From contig CAYTSP010000070.1 of the NCBI GenBank assembly GCA_964440505.1, forward strand, positions 1 through 51,994: a stretch of 51,994 nucleotides of DNA. The letters are read 5' to 3'. Source of the DNA: an uncultured Nitrospinaceae bacterium (GTDB lineage: Bacteria > UBA8248). The position numbers were made by a program, and so were the translations under genes. Below the pieces are notes generated by a model. It saw only the letters and a list, made by a program, of their open reading frames with translations. It was not told where the DNA came from and did no database searches. Position 1 is the first letter of the stretch, and each line of letters begins with the position of its first letter. Positions 16,266 through 26,050 of this stretch are shown here, one piece after another.

Positions 16266-17450
16266 ATGTTGCTCGCTCTGGACCGTCGGCGGCGATTCCG
16301 CTTGTCCATCATCGTATTCCCGCTGCTTTTGTTCATATGTTTTCTGACGCTCGACGTCGATTCCGCTTCCGCGCGCCGAAAACGCTCCCGTAAAGCGGTC
16401 ATCCCCTATCGCTCGACTCTGTTGATTGAAGCGAATACGGGCAGAGTCCTGAAAGCAAAAAACGAGCGGCTTCCCACCAAACCCGCCTCCATCGTGAAAA
16501 TGATGACCGCTTTAATCGCCATGGAACAAATTAACAGAAACATCATCCATCTCGATGAGATCATCACCACCAGCAGACGCGCCTCCCGTATCGGAGGCCA
16601 GCAAGTCTATTTGAAGCAAGGAGAAAAATTCTCTCTGAGAGATTTGATGAAATCCATCATCATCAGTTCCGCAAACGACTCCTCTTACGCCGTGGCGGAA
16701 CACATTGCCGGAGACGCCGAAGCCTTCGTCGAGTTGATGAACCAGCGCGCAAAAGAACTTGGCATGACGAACACCCGTTTCGTTAACGTCAACGGGCTTC
16801 CCCCCGGCAGAAACAAGCCGAACAACCAGATGAGTGCGCGAGATGCCGGCATTCTTGCCCGCGAGTTGATAAAATATCCACTCATCATGAAGTGGAGCGC
16901 CACCAAGAATGCCCCTTTCCGGAACGGGAGCTTCATCCTGACCAACACGAACACTCTTCTGGGGCGGTTTCGCGGAATGGATGGTCTGAAAACAGGCTAC
17001 CACCGAAAAGCCGGGTTCAGCATCGTCGCCACGGCCAAACGCAAAAACCTAAGACTCATCGCCGTCGTGATGGGCTCGAGTCATTCCAGGCGCCGATTCA
17101 AAGAGGCCAAGCGCTTGCTCGCATGGGGGTTCACCCAATACCGCTGGGTTGATTTGGACCAAATCAAAAAACCGAAACGCCGCCAGATCAAGGTCCTGAA
17201 CGGGCAGAAGCGGACAGTCCGCATCCGGCTGAAAGAAAGTGTCGAGGCATTGATAAGGAGGGGCGACGGAAAGCGTATATCCATGAAAGTAGAGCTGCCT
17301 CCGGAGATATCAGCACCCATCCGCAACGGTCAAAAAGTGGGCCGCATCACATATGAATTGAGAGGCGACAAACTCGGCGGGGTTGATCTCGTAGCCGCTG
17401 AGCCGGTCAAAAAATTAGGCTTTTTCCAATCCTTGATACGCTTCCGGTAA
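16266..17450 (+). CDS. D-alanyl-D-alanine carboxypeptidase (PBP5/6, peptidase S11 with C-terminal domain)
   Basis: SxxK (ASIVK), SxN (SAND) and KTG motifs; N-terminal hydrophobic signal; PBP5_C-like APIRNGQKVG. Confidence 0.93.
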   Translation: MLLALDRRRRFRLSIIVFPLLLFICFLTLDVDSASARRKRSRKAVIPYRSTLLIEANTGRVLKAKNERLPTKPASIVKMMTALIAMEQINRNIIHLDEIITTSRRASRIGGQQVYLKQGEKFSLRDLMKSIIISSANDSSYAVAEHIAGDAEAFVELMNQRAKELGMTNTRFVNVNGLPPGRNKPNNQMSARDAGILARELIKYPLIMKWSATKNAPFRNGSFILTNTNTLLGRFRGMDGLKTGYHRKAGFSIVATAKRKNLRLIAVVMGSSHSRRRFKEAKRLLAWGFTQYRWVDLDQIKKPKRRQIKVLNGQKRTVRIRLKESVEALIRRGDGKRISMKVELPPEISAPIRNGQKVGRITYELRGDKLGGVDLVAAEPVKKLGFFQSLIRFR

Positions 17451-17469
17451 GCCTGCAACGCAAATCGAA

Positions 17470-18690
17470 TTATCCCGAATGAACTTCGTTCGTCCCGCCT
17501 ATGAATGGCAGAGCGATCACCATAAACATGAGCATCACTACCTCGGAATCACCGAAGTTGTATTCGAACATCCCGGCGCTTAAGAACCCTGCGGCTACGG
17601 CCAAACCGCCTATCATGCGAAACCGCGTCCCGAAAGGCGCGTCTCTCGAATCCCGAATTCGCTGAATCACCAGGACGAAATATCCGACCCAGGCCCAAAT
17701 CCAAGCGCCCAGAGCAAAAACTCCCCGCTCGGCCGCCAAGTGAATGATATTGTTGTGCAAATGGGACGGAGGTTTCGAGGTCGCGTCGGGGTTCGCATAG
17801 TGAGCATAATTGTATTTGATTTGCCCGGGGCCAAAACCCAGAAGTTTTTTGTCCATGAACATTTTGATGCCGCCCTTCCACATGTTGATCCGCTCCACTG
17901 CCGTCTTGTCCCGGGGATTCATCATGCTCTTCACGCGCTGGCGGATGGCATGAGGCGCCATGAAAATCGCCAGCGCCACCGCCAGCGCCAAACACAAACT
18001 CGCTATCTTGCGCCTGCTCGCAACTGCGACAGCCGCCACCCCGATGACAAGGCCTACCCAGGCGCTGCGACTCAAAGTCGTGATCAACGCAGTGAGTATC
18101 AGGAGGGCCGACGCATAGACCCACTTGCTCTTGCGTTCCCGAGTCGGCACCAGGAGGTATGTGAACGCCAAAAGACCGACTACCAGCAGAAAACCGCCGA
18201 ACGTCATGTATATGCTGAAAAAGCCCGACGGGCGATTCGCCAGAGATAATACTCCCTGCAGCGAAACTCCCAAGGCGTACAAAGCGGCCACGCTCGCGGC
18301 CACGAAGAGCGCTTTCACCAACCAAAGCGCTTCCCAGTCGTCCTGGACGACGTTCATGGCCAAATAAAAAATCATGATTTGCGTCAATTCCCTCGACTTG
18401 ATCAGGCTGGTAAGCGAATCTGGCGCGTGAAAGGAGCTGGCGAGAGTAAACAGCGCGAAAAGGAGCCAGGCACCCCACAAAGGAAATTTCTGCGTCAGCA
18501 AGGGCGCCGCCTTGGTCATGGAAGCCAGCCATGCCACCACGGCGGTAAACACGCAAATTTGAGCGATTGATATCGAGAAAGGCGCACTGACGACAAAACC
18601 CAAAAGCCCGCCGAACGCCACCAGAGAGACAGTTGAGCGTCTCTTGAGGCGCCCGCCCAATTCTATGAAAGAGCCTTTTAACTCATTCAT
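17470..18690 (-). CDS. O-antigen ligase (WaaL/Wzy_C) family membrane protein
   Basis: TLSRSAW, ERINMW, GFGPG, HLHNN..HLAAERG; polytopic; last gene of the LPS operon. Start uncertain. Confidence 0.85.
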   Translation of the reverse strand: MNELKGSFIELGGRLKRRSTVSLVAFGGLLGFVVSAPFSISIAQICVFTAVVAWLASMTKAAPLLTQKFPLWGAWLLFALFTLASSFHAPDSLTSLIKSRELTQIMIFYLAMNVVQDDWEALWLVKALFVAASVAALYALGVSLQGVLSLANRPSGFFSIYMTFGGFLLVVGLLAFTYLLVPTRERKSKWVYASALLILTALITTLSRSAWVGLVIGVAAVAVASRRKIASLCLALAVALAIFMAPHAIRQRVKSMMNPRDKTAVERINMWKGGIKMFMDKKLLGFGPGQIKYNYAHYANPDATSKPPSHLHNNIIHLAAERGVFALGAWIWAWVGYFVLVIQRIRDSRDAPFGTRFRMIGGLAVAAGFLSAGMFEYNFGDSEVVMLMFMVIALPFIGGTNEVHSG

Positions 18691-18910
18691 CAAGTTGCTC
18701 TCTCGCCTCAGCACCAAAAGAACCTGGCCGCTTTTTCCGGGCAAAACAATACCCGCTTTCTTTGGGATAATATATGGAATCAAGGCGAGCAGGTAGAAAT
18801 TCAGAATAAGGATGCATAGCTGATGTCTAAATAGAACTTTTCAGCCCAAAAGCCAGTTTGGGACGTGGGAGATTTTTTCACCCGATTACATGAACCACCG
18901 TGCAAACGAC

Positions 18911-20698
18911 TTACGATATATTCCCACCATTCGTTGCACTGTTGATTTCACCGGAAAGGGACATTTCCTCATTCGCGAACTGCATTTCGTAGAGTCTATG
19001 GTACAAGCCTCCCCTCTTCATCAACTCATCGTGCGTCCCCCTTTCCACAATTCGTCCCCCATCAAGTACGACGATTAAATCAGCGTTTCGGACGGTGGAG
19101 AGCCTGTGAGCCACCACGAACGTGGTGCGGCCCTTCATCAAAGGCTCCAGAGCCTCCTGAATCAACTGCTCGCTTTCCGTGTCGAGCGCGCTCGTGGCTT
19201 CATCGAGCAGCAAAATAGAAGGATCCCTCAAAATCGCGCGTGCAATGGCGATGCGCTGGCGCTCACCGCCGGAAAGGCGTACTCCCTCTTCACCCAGCAT
19301 GGTCTCATACCCATTTTCAAGCTCCATAATAAAATCATGGGCATTGGCCGCTTTGGCCGCCGAGATTACTTCTTCTCGGCTGACAGGACTCTTCACACCA
19401 TAGGCGATATTGTTTTCCGCCGTATCATTAAACAAAATTACCTGCTGGGTTACCACGGCGATCTGGGCGCGCAAGCTGCTCAGTGAATATTCAGACGCTT
19501 CTTTCCCATCGAAGGAAATACTTCCCCGGCTGGGCAAATAAAAGCGCGGAATCAAATCCAGCATCGTACTTTTTCCCGCACCACTCATTCCTACAACGGC
19601 CAGGATGCAACCTGCCGGCACCTCGACATCGATTTCCTCCAGCGTAACTTCATCCGTGTAGGAAAAGTGCACACCCTCGAATCGAACATGCTGGGAAAGC
19701 CGCTCCATCTTTTCGCCATCGGGATTCTTGTTCTCTGGAACATGCTCGTCCATGATCTCAAAAACCGACTGGCCGCCCGCAATCCCTTCCACCAGGTTAT
19801 GAAACACTCGAGTGAAGGATTTCAGCGGGCCATAGGCCATGCCAAGAGCGACCGCGAAACTCGTGAGTTTGCCCGGATCCATACTCCCCTGGATGACTGC
19901 CCTTGCCCCGAACCACAAAATTCCCGCACCCAGAATACCGCTGATGATCTCCACCATCGGAGGTGCGAGCGAGCGAACCCGCATGGCCCGCATTACAGTG
20001 TCAAAAAAGGAGCGTGTGGCCTGCGCAAAACGGCTTCTTTCCTCACTTTCCGTTCCAAACGCTTTGACGACGCGAATGCCCACATAGGTTTCTTTCATCA
20101 AGTTGCTCATGTCGCCCATCCGCTCCTGGCTTCTCCGCGTGATTCGGCGAATCTTCTCTCCCATCGTCAAGACCAAAAACGCCACCAGGGGAACGATCAG
20201 GATGAATACCACCGCCATTTTGGGACTCTGGTAAATGGCCACGCCAAGCAAAGCGATAAAGGTAAAGCCATACCGGAGCAAATCCCGCACGGAGTCTGTC
20301 GCCGCATGTTGCATCAAAGAGATGTCATAAATGACTTTCGACATCAGTTCCCCGGTTGTCTTCACCTCAAAAAACCGAAGCGGCAAATTAAGAAGATGCC
20401 GATGAAGCTCATTCCGGATATCCATCACCACATGTTGACCAACCCAGTGCATGAAATAAGTCTGGAAATAAGCCGCAATACCTTTTGCCAGATAAACGAC
20501 AACGAGAGACAGACAAATCAACAGGACGATGTCGGCTCGTTTCGAAATCAGAATATCATTGATGACATGCTGAACGAGGTACGCGGGATAAGCATTCAGA
20601 CCGCCCATAACGATTGTGCAGGCGACTGCGATGCCGAACCGAAAACGGTACGGACGCAAATATTTCAGGAGCCTAAGATAAACCCGGGTGCGACTCAT
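18911..20698 (-). CDS. msbA: Lipid A export ABC transporter (TMD+NBD)
   Basis: ABC membrane domain plus GMSGAGKST, LSGGERQRIAIARA, LLLDEATSALD, VAHRLST; LPS operon context. Confidence 0.85.
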   Translation of the reverse strand: MSRTRVYLRLLKYLRPYRFRFGIAVACTIVMGGLNAYPAYLVQHVINDILISKRADIVLLICLSLVVVYLAKGIAAYFQTYFMHWVGQHVVMDIRNELHRHLLNLPLRFFEVKTTGELMSKVIYDISLMQHAATDSVRDLLRYGFTFIALLGVAIYQSPKMAVVFILIVPLVAFLVLTMGEKIRRITRRSQERMGDMSNLMKETYVGIRVVKAFGTESEERSRFAQATRSFFDTVMRAMRVRSLAPPMVEIISGILGAGILWFGARAVIQGSMDPGKLTSFAVALGMAYGPLKSFTRVFHNLVEGIAGGQSVFEIMDEHVPENKNPDGEKMERLSQHVRFEGVHFSYTDEVTLEEIDVEVPAGCILAVVGMSGAGKSTMLDLIPRFYLPSRGSISFDGKEASEYSLSSLRAQIAVVTQQVILFNDTAENNIAYGVKSPVSREEVISAAKAANAHDFIMELENGYETMLGEEGVRLSGGERQRIAIARAILRDPSILLLDEATSALDTESEQLIQEALEPLMKGRTTFVVAHRLSTVRNADLIVVLDGGRIVERGTHDELMKRGGLYHRLYEMQFANEEMSLSGEINSATNGGNIS

Positions 20699-20910
20699 CC
20701 CGGATTCCCTTCAAGATAGAACTCTGGTGTCGTCCAAGCCGGCTCAAAAGCCACACCTGCTTCAGTGGTCTTTAATTCGCCGTTCGGCCTCCCGGTTGGC
20801 AGAACCTTGCGCCCGCATTCGATATGAGCAGTGGGCCCCAAGAGAATTCTTTTCCCCCTTCCGCCCATTACCGGGGAGGCTTCTGTATCCGCAACACTAA
20901 GAGCGTTCAC
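20695..20910 (-). CDS. Small hypothetical protein (~71 aa) overlapping both neighbours
   Basis: Fills the whole GT2-msbA gap. GTG start lies inside the GT2 3' end and TGA overlaps the msbA ATG (ATGA). No motif; start uncertain. Confidence 0.4.
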   Translation of the reverse strand: MNALSVADTEASPVMGGRGKRILLGPTAHIECGRKVLPTGRPNGELKTTEAGVAFEPAWTTPEFYLEGNPG

Positions 20911-21721
20911 GTTCCCGACATAACTCCCATAAAAAGGCGGCGCGCATGAACACATAACAGGCGGAGCCGGCTGATACCCAGAATCCGTTCATACCATCCC
21001 GAAGGCCCATTCTCAGGATATAGCTCTTGAAAAAACGCCAAAGTGGACGGATGACAAAATCACCTATTCCAGGCCTCGCTCCCCTGGAAAACAGGTCTTC
21101 CGCCGATAACCTGGCGTATTTCACCTGTCTTTGGAAAAAATCGAAAAGTGAATCATAGCTGTAGTGTTCCAGGGGGGATGAAAATACATCGACTCGCCCT
21201 TGAACCACCACGGACTCGTGAACGCTTTTCTCTCTGAACACTCCCGCATCGCGCCGGAACAATCGTATCTGATAGTCCGGCCAAAGATCGCCATGGCGGA
21301 GCCAGCGGCCGAAGAATATGTTTTTCCGGGGTATCCGATACCCCGAAACAGGAGCATCGTCAGACAAAACGGAGAGAATTTCTTTTGCAAGCTCAGGACT
21401 TACGCATTCATCCGCATCCAGACTCAATATCCAGGAATGACTCGCTTTCGAGATAGCGAAATTTTTTTGTGCCGCATAGCCTTGCCAGGGATGTTGAAGG
21501 ACCAACGCTCCACGTTTTTGGCATATCTCCCGAGTACCATCCGTACTACCTGCATCTATCACAATAATTTCATCCGCCCAGGAAACGCTGTCGATGCATG
21601 CACGGATGCGTTTCGCTTCATTGTGGGCAACAACCGTGACGCTAACCGGTTTCCTTGTCGATCCAGAGGCAAGCTTCCTTTCCGTGCCGGCTTCGGCAGA
21701 TGTTTCCGCCAAGCCAGACAT
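20897..21721 (-). CDS. Glycosyltransferase family 2 (WaaE/KdtX-like LPS core beta-glucosyltransferase)
   Basis: VVAHNEAKRI, IDAGSTDGT, WQGYAAQKN, WILSLDADE, WPDYQIRLF, VHE. Start moved to ATG 21721. Confidence 0.9.
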   Translation of the reverse strand: MSGLAETSAEAGTERKLASGSTRKPVSVTVVAHNEAKRIRACIDSVSWADEIIVIDAGSTDGTREICQKRGALVLQHPWQGYAAQKNFAISKASHSWILSLDADECVSPELAKEILSVLSDDAPVSGYRIPRKNIFFGRWLRHGDLWPDYQIRLFRRDAGVFREKSVHESVVVQGRVDVFSSPLEHYSYDSLFDFFQRQVKYARLSAEDLFSRGARPGIGDFVIRPLWRFFKSYILRMGLRDGMNGFWVSAGSACYVFMRAAFLWELCRERERS

Positions 21722-21725
21722 CTTT

Positions 21726-21923
21726 CTAACCTTTCCCTTGGGCTTTCTCCCACTCATCGAGCGGGATGGCTTCGTCCACCAGCATGATGGGGATGCCATC
21801 TTCGATTTTGTAAACCAAACCCGATTCCCGGGCGATTAAAAAATTTCCATCTCCGCTTAATTCAAGCGGGGTCTTGGTGACAGGACACGCCAAAATCTCC
21901 AACAACTCTTTATCCACGCTCAT
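21726..21923 (-). CDS. Trm112/YcaR (UPF0434) family protein
   Basis: LLEILACPVTKTPL...GLVYKIEDGIPIMLVDEA. ATG 21923 follows GGAG. Confidence 0.92.
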   Translation of the reverse strand: MSVDKELLEILACPVTKTPLELSGDGNFLIARESGLVYKIEDGIPIMLVDEAIPLDEWEKAQGKG

Positions 21924-22025
21924 CTTACGCTTATCTCCAATTTTCAAACGAACTCCAGAAACGACATCCACGCCTCGAAGTCGTTGGTTACATCACTACG
22001 AAAACTGATACACCGACCGCTTCTT

Positions 22026-23114
22026 TCAATAAACTCGGTTAGTTTCGCATATCTCGCCATGTTTTTCATGGGCCAGGCATAGTCGGTTTAGCCCGTCTAC
22101 CGCCTCTACGATTCTCACGCGTTCCAGACACTCGATATCAGGACATTTTCTCGCATAACAACCACTACAAGCGAGTCGATGATGTAAAACCAAATGCCCT
22201 GCGCCCCATGGGCCGTTTCTCACAGGTTCCGTTGGCCCCATGATCGCCAGACACCGAACCCCCATAGCGGCAGCCAGGTGCAAGGGACCCGAGTCGCCTC
22301 CCACAAAACAAGAACCACGCCGAATCAAGGCCATCATTTCACGAATGCCCGTCGCAGGCGAAACATGAGGCTGCGTTTTCATGGCATCCATCACCTCTTC
22401 CACAATCTTTTCCTCTCCCGGGCCCCATATCAGCAGAACGTCCCCCTTGCCATTCACATGCCAATCATCGGCGAGTTGCGCGAAACGAGCCGGGTCCCAG
22501 CGTTTTGTCACCCACCCGCCCCCGGGATGGATCACCAGAAGCTGACACCCGTCCCGCTGGCCCACGCTCTCAAAATACTTTTCCGCCTGCTCCCTCTCCT
22601 GCTGCGTTTCATGAAGAGGAAAGCGGTATTGCTCTTTCAACGGAATCGGCAAATCCAATGGATCGAGAAGAGATAAATTCTTCTCCACCACGTGGTGGGG
22701 GTTTTGCGGGGGCAGCACCTGATGCGTCGTGAATAGAACGTTCATTCCTTCTTTGCAAAAACGATGCTCAAATCCTATGCGAACGGGCGCTCCCGACGCC
22801 CATGCCAGAAAACCGCTTTTCAGCAGCCCCTGGGCATCCAGCGCTACGTCGGCGCCTGCATTCCTTACGGCGAGCAGGTCGCGTCTAAGAGCGGAGAATC
22901 CGCCGGAAAACAGGTTTTTCCGCCACCTCTTTGTGTCAATGGTCAAGATTTCATCTATATCCGGATTTCCGAGCAGAACCTCTCGCGGGGCCGGCTCGAC
23001 CGCCCATGTGATATGGGAATCAGGCCGCGCATCCTTGATGGCCGACGCCAGGGGCAGCGTATGGACGATATCACCAATTGCGCCCAAGCGAATGATGAGG
23101 ATTCGCTCACCCAT
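22026..23114 (-). CDS. waaC: LPS heptosyltransferase I (GT9)
   Basis: ILIIRLGAIGDIVH, DAQGLLKS, HPGGGWVTKRW, GGDSGPLHLAAA, GPT. Confidence 0.85.
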   Translation of the reverse strand: MGERILIIRLGAIGDIVHTLPLASAIKDARPDSHITWAVEPAPREVLLGNPDIDEILTIDTKRWRKNLFSGGFSALRRDLLAVRNAGADVALDAQGLLKSGFLAWASGAPVRIGFEHRFCKEGMNVLFTTHQVLPPQNPHHVVEKNLSLLDPLDLPIPLKEQYRFPLHETQQEREQAEKYFESVGQRDGCQLLVIHPGGGWVTKRWDPARFAQLADDWHVNGKGDVLLIWGPGEEKIVEEVMDAMKTQPHVSPATGIREMMALIRRGSCFVGGDSGPLHLAAAMGVRCLAIMGPTEPVRNGPWGAGHLVLHHRLACSGCYARKCPDIECLERVRIVEAVDGLNRLCLAHEKHGEICETNRVY

Positions 23115-23226
23115 CCGCGACCGCTCTCCCGATGCGCCTGCCGTTTTCGCTCCATTTCTCCGAAACCGGGCTCAGGAAATTCACCCGCATCCATTTCCGC
23201 CGACAAGCCTTTTCCCGGATGCTCAC
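23107..23226 (-). pseudogene. 39-codon ORF between hldA and waaC; possible remnant of ADP-heptose adenylyltransferase (HldC/RfaE domain II) or a coupling peptide
   Basis: GTG overlaps the hldA stop (GTGA) after a GAGAGGGGGG SD, and its TGA lies just inside the waaC start (ATGGGTGA). Product MSIREKACRRKWMRVNFLSPVSEKWSENGRRIGRAVADG. Confidence 0.4.
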
Positions 23227-24215
23227 GCGCCCCCCCTCTCGAACGTCGCCAGAAGCTCCCGGGGTTCCACGACCGTCGTTCCCGCCTTCATCACCACCAA
23301 CCCCGCCGCTCGATTCGCGAGTTCCGCCGCCTCGCGCATCGAGGCGCCCGCAGCCAGGGAGAGTGTGAACGTCGCGATCACCGTATCCCCCGCCCCGGTC
23401 ACGTCGAGTACCTGATCCGACCCGTAGACAGGAATATCCGTCCTTGGAGTATCTCTTTCAAAGAGACTCATGCCCTCGTCTCCCCGGGTGAGCAATATCG
23501 CCCGGGCCCCCGTTTTTTCGAGTAAAGATGCTCCCGCTTCATCGAGACGCTCTTCATCGGGCCAATAACCCAGAAGACCTGCCATTTCCTCCTCATTGGG
23601 CGTAACAGCCGTGACCCCCGGAAACGAATCTCCCGCATAGCGGCTGTCCACCGTGACGATGAGTTCGGTGGATAATTCCCGAATCGCCTCTTTGACCCCT
23701 TTCGTAATGACGCCCAGGCCGTAGTCTGAAATCAACAGAGCATCCAGGCCGTCTTTCGCCAACCTCTCGATTTCACGGATGAACTGGGATTCGAGCGTCT
23801 CGCTCGAATCCAGCTTCATTTCGTGATCCACCCGAATCACCTGCTGGCGCTTGGTGTTTCTGCCTCCCGCCATCACACGCGTCTTCGTGGGCGTGACACG
23901 CTCGGAATCTTCAAATAACAGTCTGGTATCTATTCCGTGTTTCCTCATCGTACGGCGGAGTTCCTCGCCCGCTTCATCGGTCCCCAACGCGCCGATGGCC
24001 GTAACGTTTCCGCCCAGGGCCGCCGCGTTCATCGCCGCATTGCCCCCGCCGCCGGGAACGACCTCACGACGGATGAAATCCAGAACAAGAACCGGCGCTT
24101 CCCGGCTGATGCGAGAAGTAGCGCCGTGAATGAATTCATCCGCGATGAAATCGCCAATCACCGCCACATGGACAGACGAGAATCCTTGAATATATTTCTC
24201 CAGCGATGAATTCAT
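23223..24215 (-). CDS. hldA: D-glycero-beta-D-manno-heptose-7-phosphate kinase (HldA/RfaE domain I, PfkB family, stand-alone)
   Basis: VIGDFIADEF, RISREAPV, PGGGGNAA, TPTKTR, ISDYGLG, TPNEEE, DVTGAGDT. No C-terminal cytidylyltransferase domain. Confidence 0.88.
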   Translation of the reverse strand: MNSSLEKYIQGFSSVHVAVIGDFIADEFIHGATSRISREAPVLVLDFIRREVVPGGGGNAAMNAAALGGNVTAIGALGTDEAGEELRRTMRKHGIDTRLLFEDSERVTPTKTRVMAGGRNTKRQQVIRVDHEMKLDSSETLESQFIREIERLAKDGLDALLISDYGLGVITKGVKEAIRELSTELIVTVDSRYAGDSFPGVTAVTPNEEEMAGLLGYWPDEERLDEAGASLLEKTGARAILLTRGDEGMSLFERDTPRTDIPVYGSDQVLDVTGAGDTVIATFTLSLAAGASMREAAELANRAAGLVVMKAGTTVVEPRELLATFERGGA

Positions 24216-24216
24216 A

Positions 24217-24819
24217 TTAGTGCTTCCCGCTCTCGTTCAAGATGATTTCCACCGCATGATAGGCGTCTTGCGCCACGAAATCGGGCTGGCGGGGCCACTG
24301 TTCTCCACGAAGCTCTCTTTCTCCCCGCCCGTACCCTGTGAGCACAAGGCCCGCCCTGCAACCCGCACGCCAGCCCGCTTCCAAGTCGGAATACTTGTCT
24401 CCCAGCAAGACGGATTTTCCCAAATCGACGCTGTGCTCCGCCGCCGCCTTCAGAATCATGCCGGGAAAGGGTTTCCGCATCTTGCAGTCAATCGCATATT
24501 CGGGATTGTCTCCGTTCGGAACGTGCGGACAATAGTAGATGGCGTCGAGGCGCGCGCCTTTGCCGCCCAGTTCATCCTGAAGCTTGCGATGCACCTTTTC
24601 CAGCATGGATTCCGGGAAATAGCCCCTGGCCACCCCTGCTTGGTTCGTGATCAGGATGGCGAGCCACCCGGCTTCGTTCACCTTGCGGACGGCCGCCGCC
24701 GCCCTGGGAAGGAGCTCATACACGTCGAGGTGAGTGACATAGCCCACGTCACGATTCAGGGTTCCGTCCCTGTCAAAAAATACCGCCGGCCTCTTCGCGG
24801 CGCTTTTCTCAGTTTCCAT
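24217..24819 (-). CDS. gmhB: D-glycero-D-manno-heptose 1,7-bisphosphate phosphatase (HAD IIIA)
   Basis: FFDRDGTL, ITNQAGVARG, YYCPH, RKPFPGM, GDKYSD. Confidence 0.92.
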   Translation of the reverse strand: METEKSAAKRPAVFFDRDGTLNRDVGYVTHLDVYELLPRAAAAVRKVNEAGWLAILITNQAGVARGYFPESMLEKVHRKLQDELGGKGARLDAIYYCPHVPNGDNPEYAIDCKMRKPFPGMILKAAAEHSVDLGKSVLLGDKYSDLEAGWRAGCRAGLVLTGYGRGERELRGEQWPRQPDFVAQDAYHAVEIILNESGKH

Positions 24820-25891
24820 TTTTGCCGATCCCCGGTTTTTTGTTCAGCAACTCAATGACTTCGCTTACCACTTCTTCGGGCGTAATCTGCTTCATGCAGT
24901 TGTGATGACGGAGAGGACACTTTCTCGCGAAGCACGGGCTGCAATCGAGATCCTTATGAACAGTCCGGTTCCAAGGGCCTCTTGGCGCCGTTCGACGATA
25001 GTCAGTGGAACCGAACAGCGCAATCGTCGCGGTCCCGGCGAGCGCCGCTATATGAAGCGGACCCGTATCGCCGGAGATGAAAACATCCAGCCGGGACAGC
25101 AAGGCGGGCAGCGTCTCCAAAGTATCTTTTCCGGCCAGATTCACCGCTCGTCCCCCGGACATCTGAGCCAATTTCCCCGTCAGCGCCAGTTCATGCGGCC
25201 CGCCCAATATGAAAACCTGTGCCCCCTCGCGACCCGCGAGCCGGTGAATGAGTTTTTTGAAGTATTCCAGCGGCCACGTCTTGGATTCACCGAAAAAGGC
25301 CCCGGGATGAACTCCCACCAAAGGCGCATTTTTCCTCGCGTGATGCGCTATCAATAAATTCTCCGCGAATTGTTGCGCCTCTGGTCTGATGAAGTAATCA
25401 TCAACCCGAACCCGGGTTTGATGTCCTTCCGCCTGAAGAAGGTAAAGATACCGATCCACCAGATGAGAAACATCTCTCGGAAGAGCCACACGGTTGCTCA
25501 AAAGCCAGCCCCGGCTATCGCTCCCATATCCGACTTGCCGCCTTGCTCCTATCCATTTCGCCATGAGGGCCGCACGAAAACTGTTGGGCAGAATCCACGC
25601 ATAATCTACCGACTCGTTTCTTAACATTCTCCTCAAAGAAAAGAAGCTGCTCCATTTCCCCGCATCGAGAGACAAGACCCGATCGATCCAGGGAAAACTG
25701 CGGAGCAGCCCGGAAGTCCAGGGACCTGCCGCCGCCATCACTCTCGCCCCAGGGTGTGCTCGCCTCAAGGATGAAAAAAAAGGAGCGGACATCGCCGTAT
25801 CACCTATCCATGTGGGCGCCACTACAAGGTGCAACTCCTCTCGATCGGCATCGCCGGACAAATTCCATTCCTCCCCGATGCGTCTCCGCAC
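24809..25891 (-). CDS. waaF: LPS heptosyltransferase II (GT9)
   Basis: APTWIGDTAMS, LPNSFRAA, HPGAFFGESKTWP, SGDTGPLHIAA, CSPCFARKCP..HHNCM. Start may be TTG 25861. Confidence 0.9.
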   Translation of the reverse strand: MRRRIGEEWNLSGDADREELHLVVAPTWIGDTAMSAPFFSSLRRAHPGARVMAAAGPWTSGLLRSFPWIDRVLSLDAGKWSSFFSLRRMLRNESVDYAWILPNSFRAALMAKWIGARRQVGYGSDSRGWLLSNRVALPRDVSHLVDRYLYLLQAEGHQTRVRVDDYFIRPEAQQFAENLLIAHHARKNAPLVGVHPGAFFGESKTWPLEYFKKLIHRLAGREGAQVFILGGPHELALTGKLAQMSGGRAVNLAGKDTLETLPALLSRLDVFISGDTGPLHIAALAGTATIALFGSTDYRRTAPRGPWNRTVHKDLDCSPCFARKCPLRHHNCMKQITPEEVVSEVIELLNKKPGIGKNGN

Positions 25892-25933
25892 CTTGAGTCA
25901 CGGGGAAAAGCAACCAAAACCGCCCTTTTTTCA

Positions 25934-25962
25934 ACGCTATCAACCGATGTCATGGGCGTCAA
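25934..25962 (-). promoter_or_regulatory. Candidate sigma70 promoter for the waaF-msbA-waaL operon (divergent from lptFG)
   Basis: Minus strand TTGACG, 17 nt spacer, TAGCGT with extended TG. Confidence 0.4.
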
Positions 25963-26050
25963 TGAGCATGAAAACACGTTTTGCAATCCAGCAAACCCTC
26001 ATATAGTGTGATGCAAGAGCATTGAGTACCCATCTCCCAGAGGATTACCC

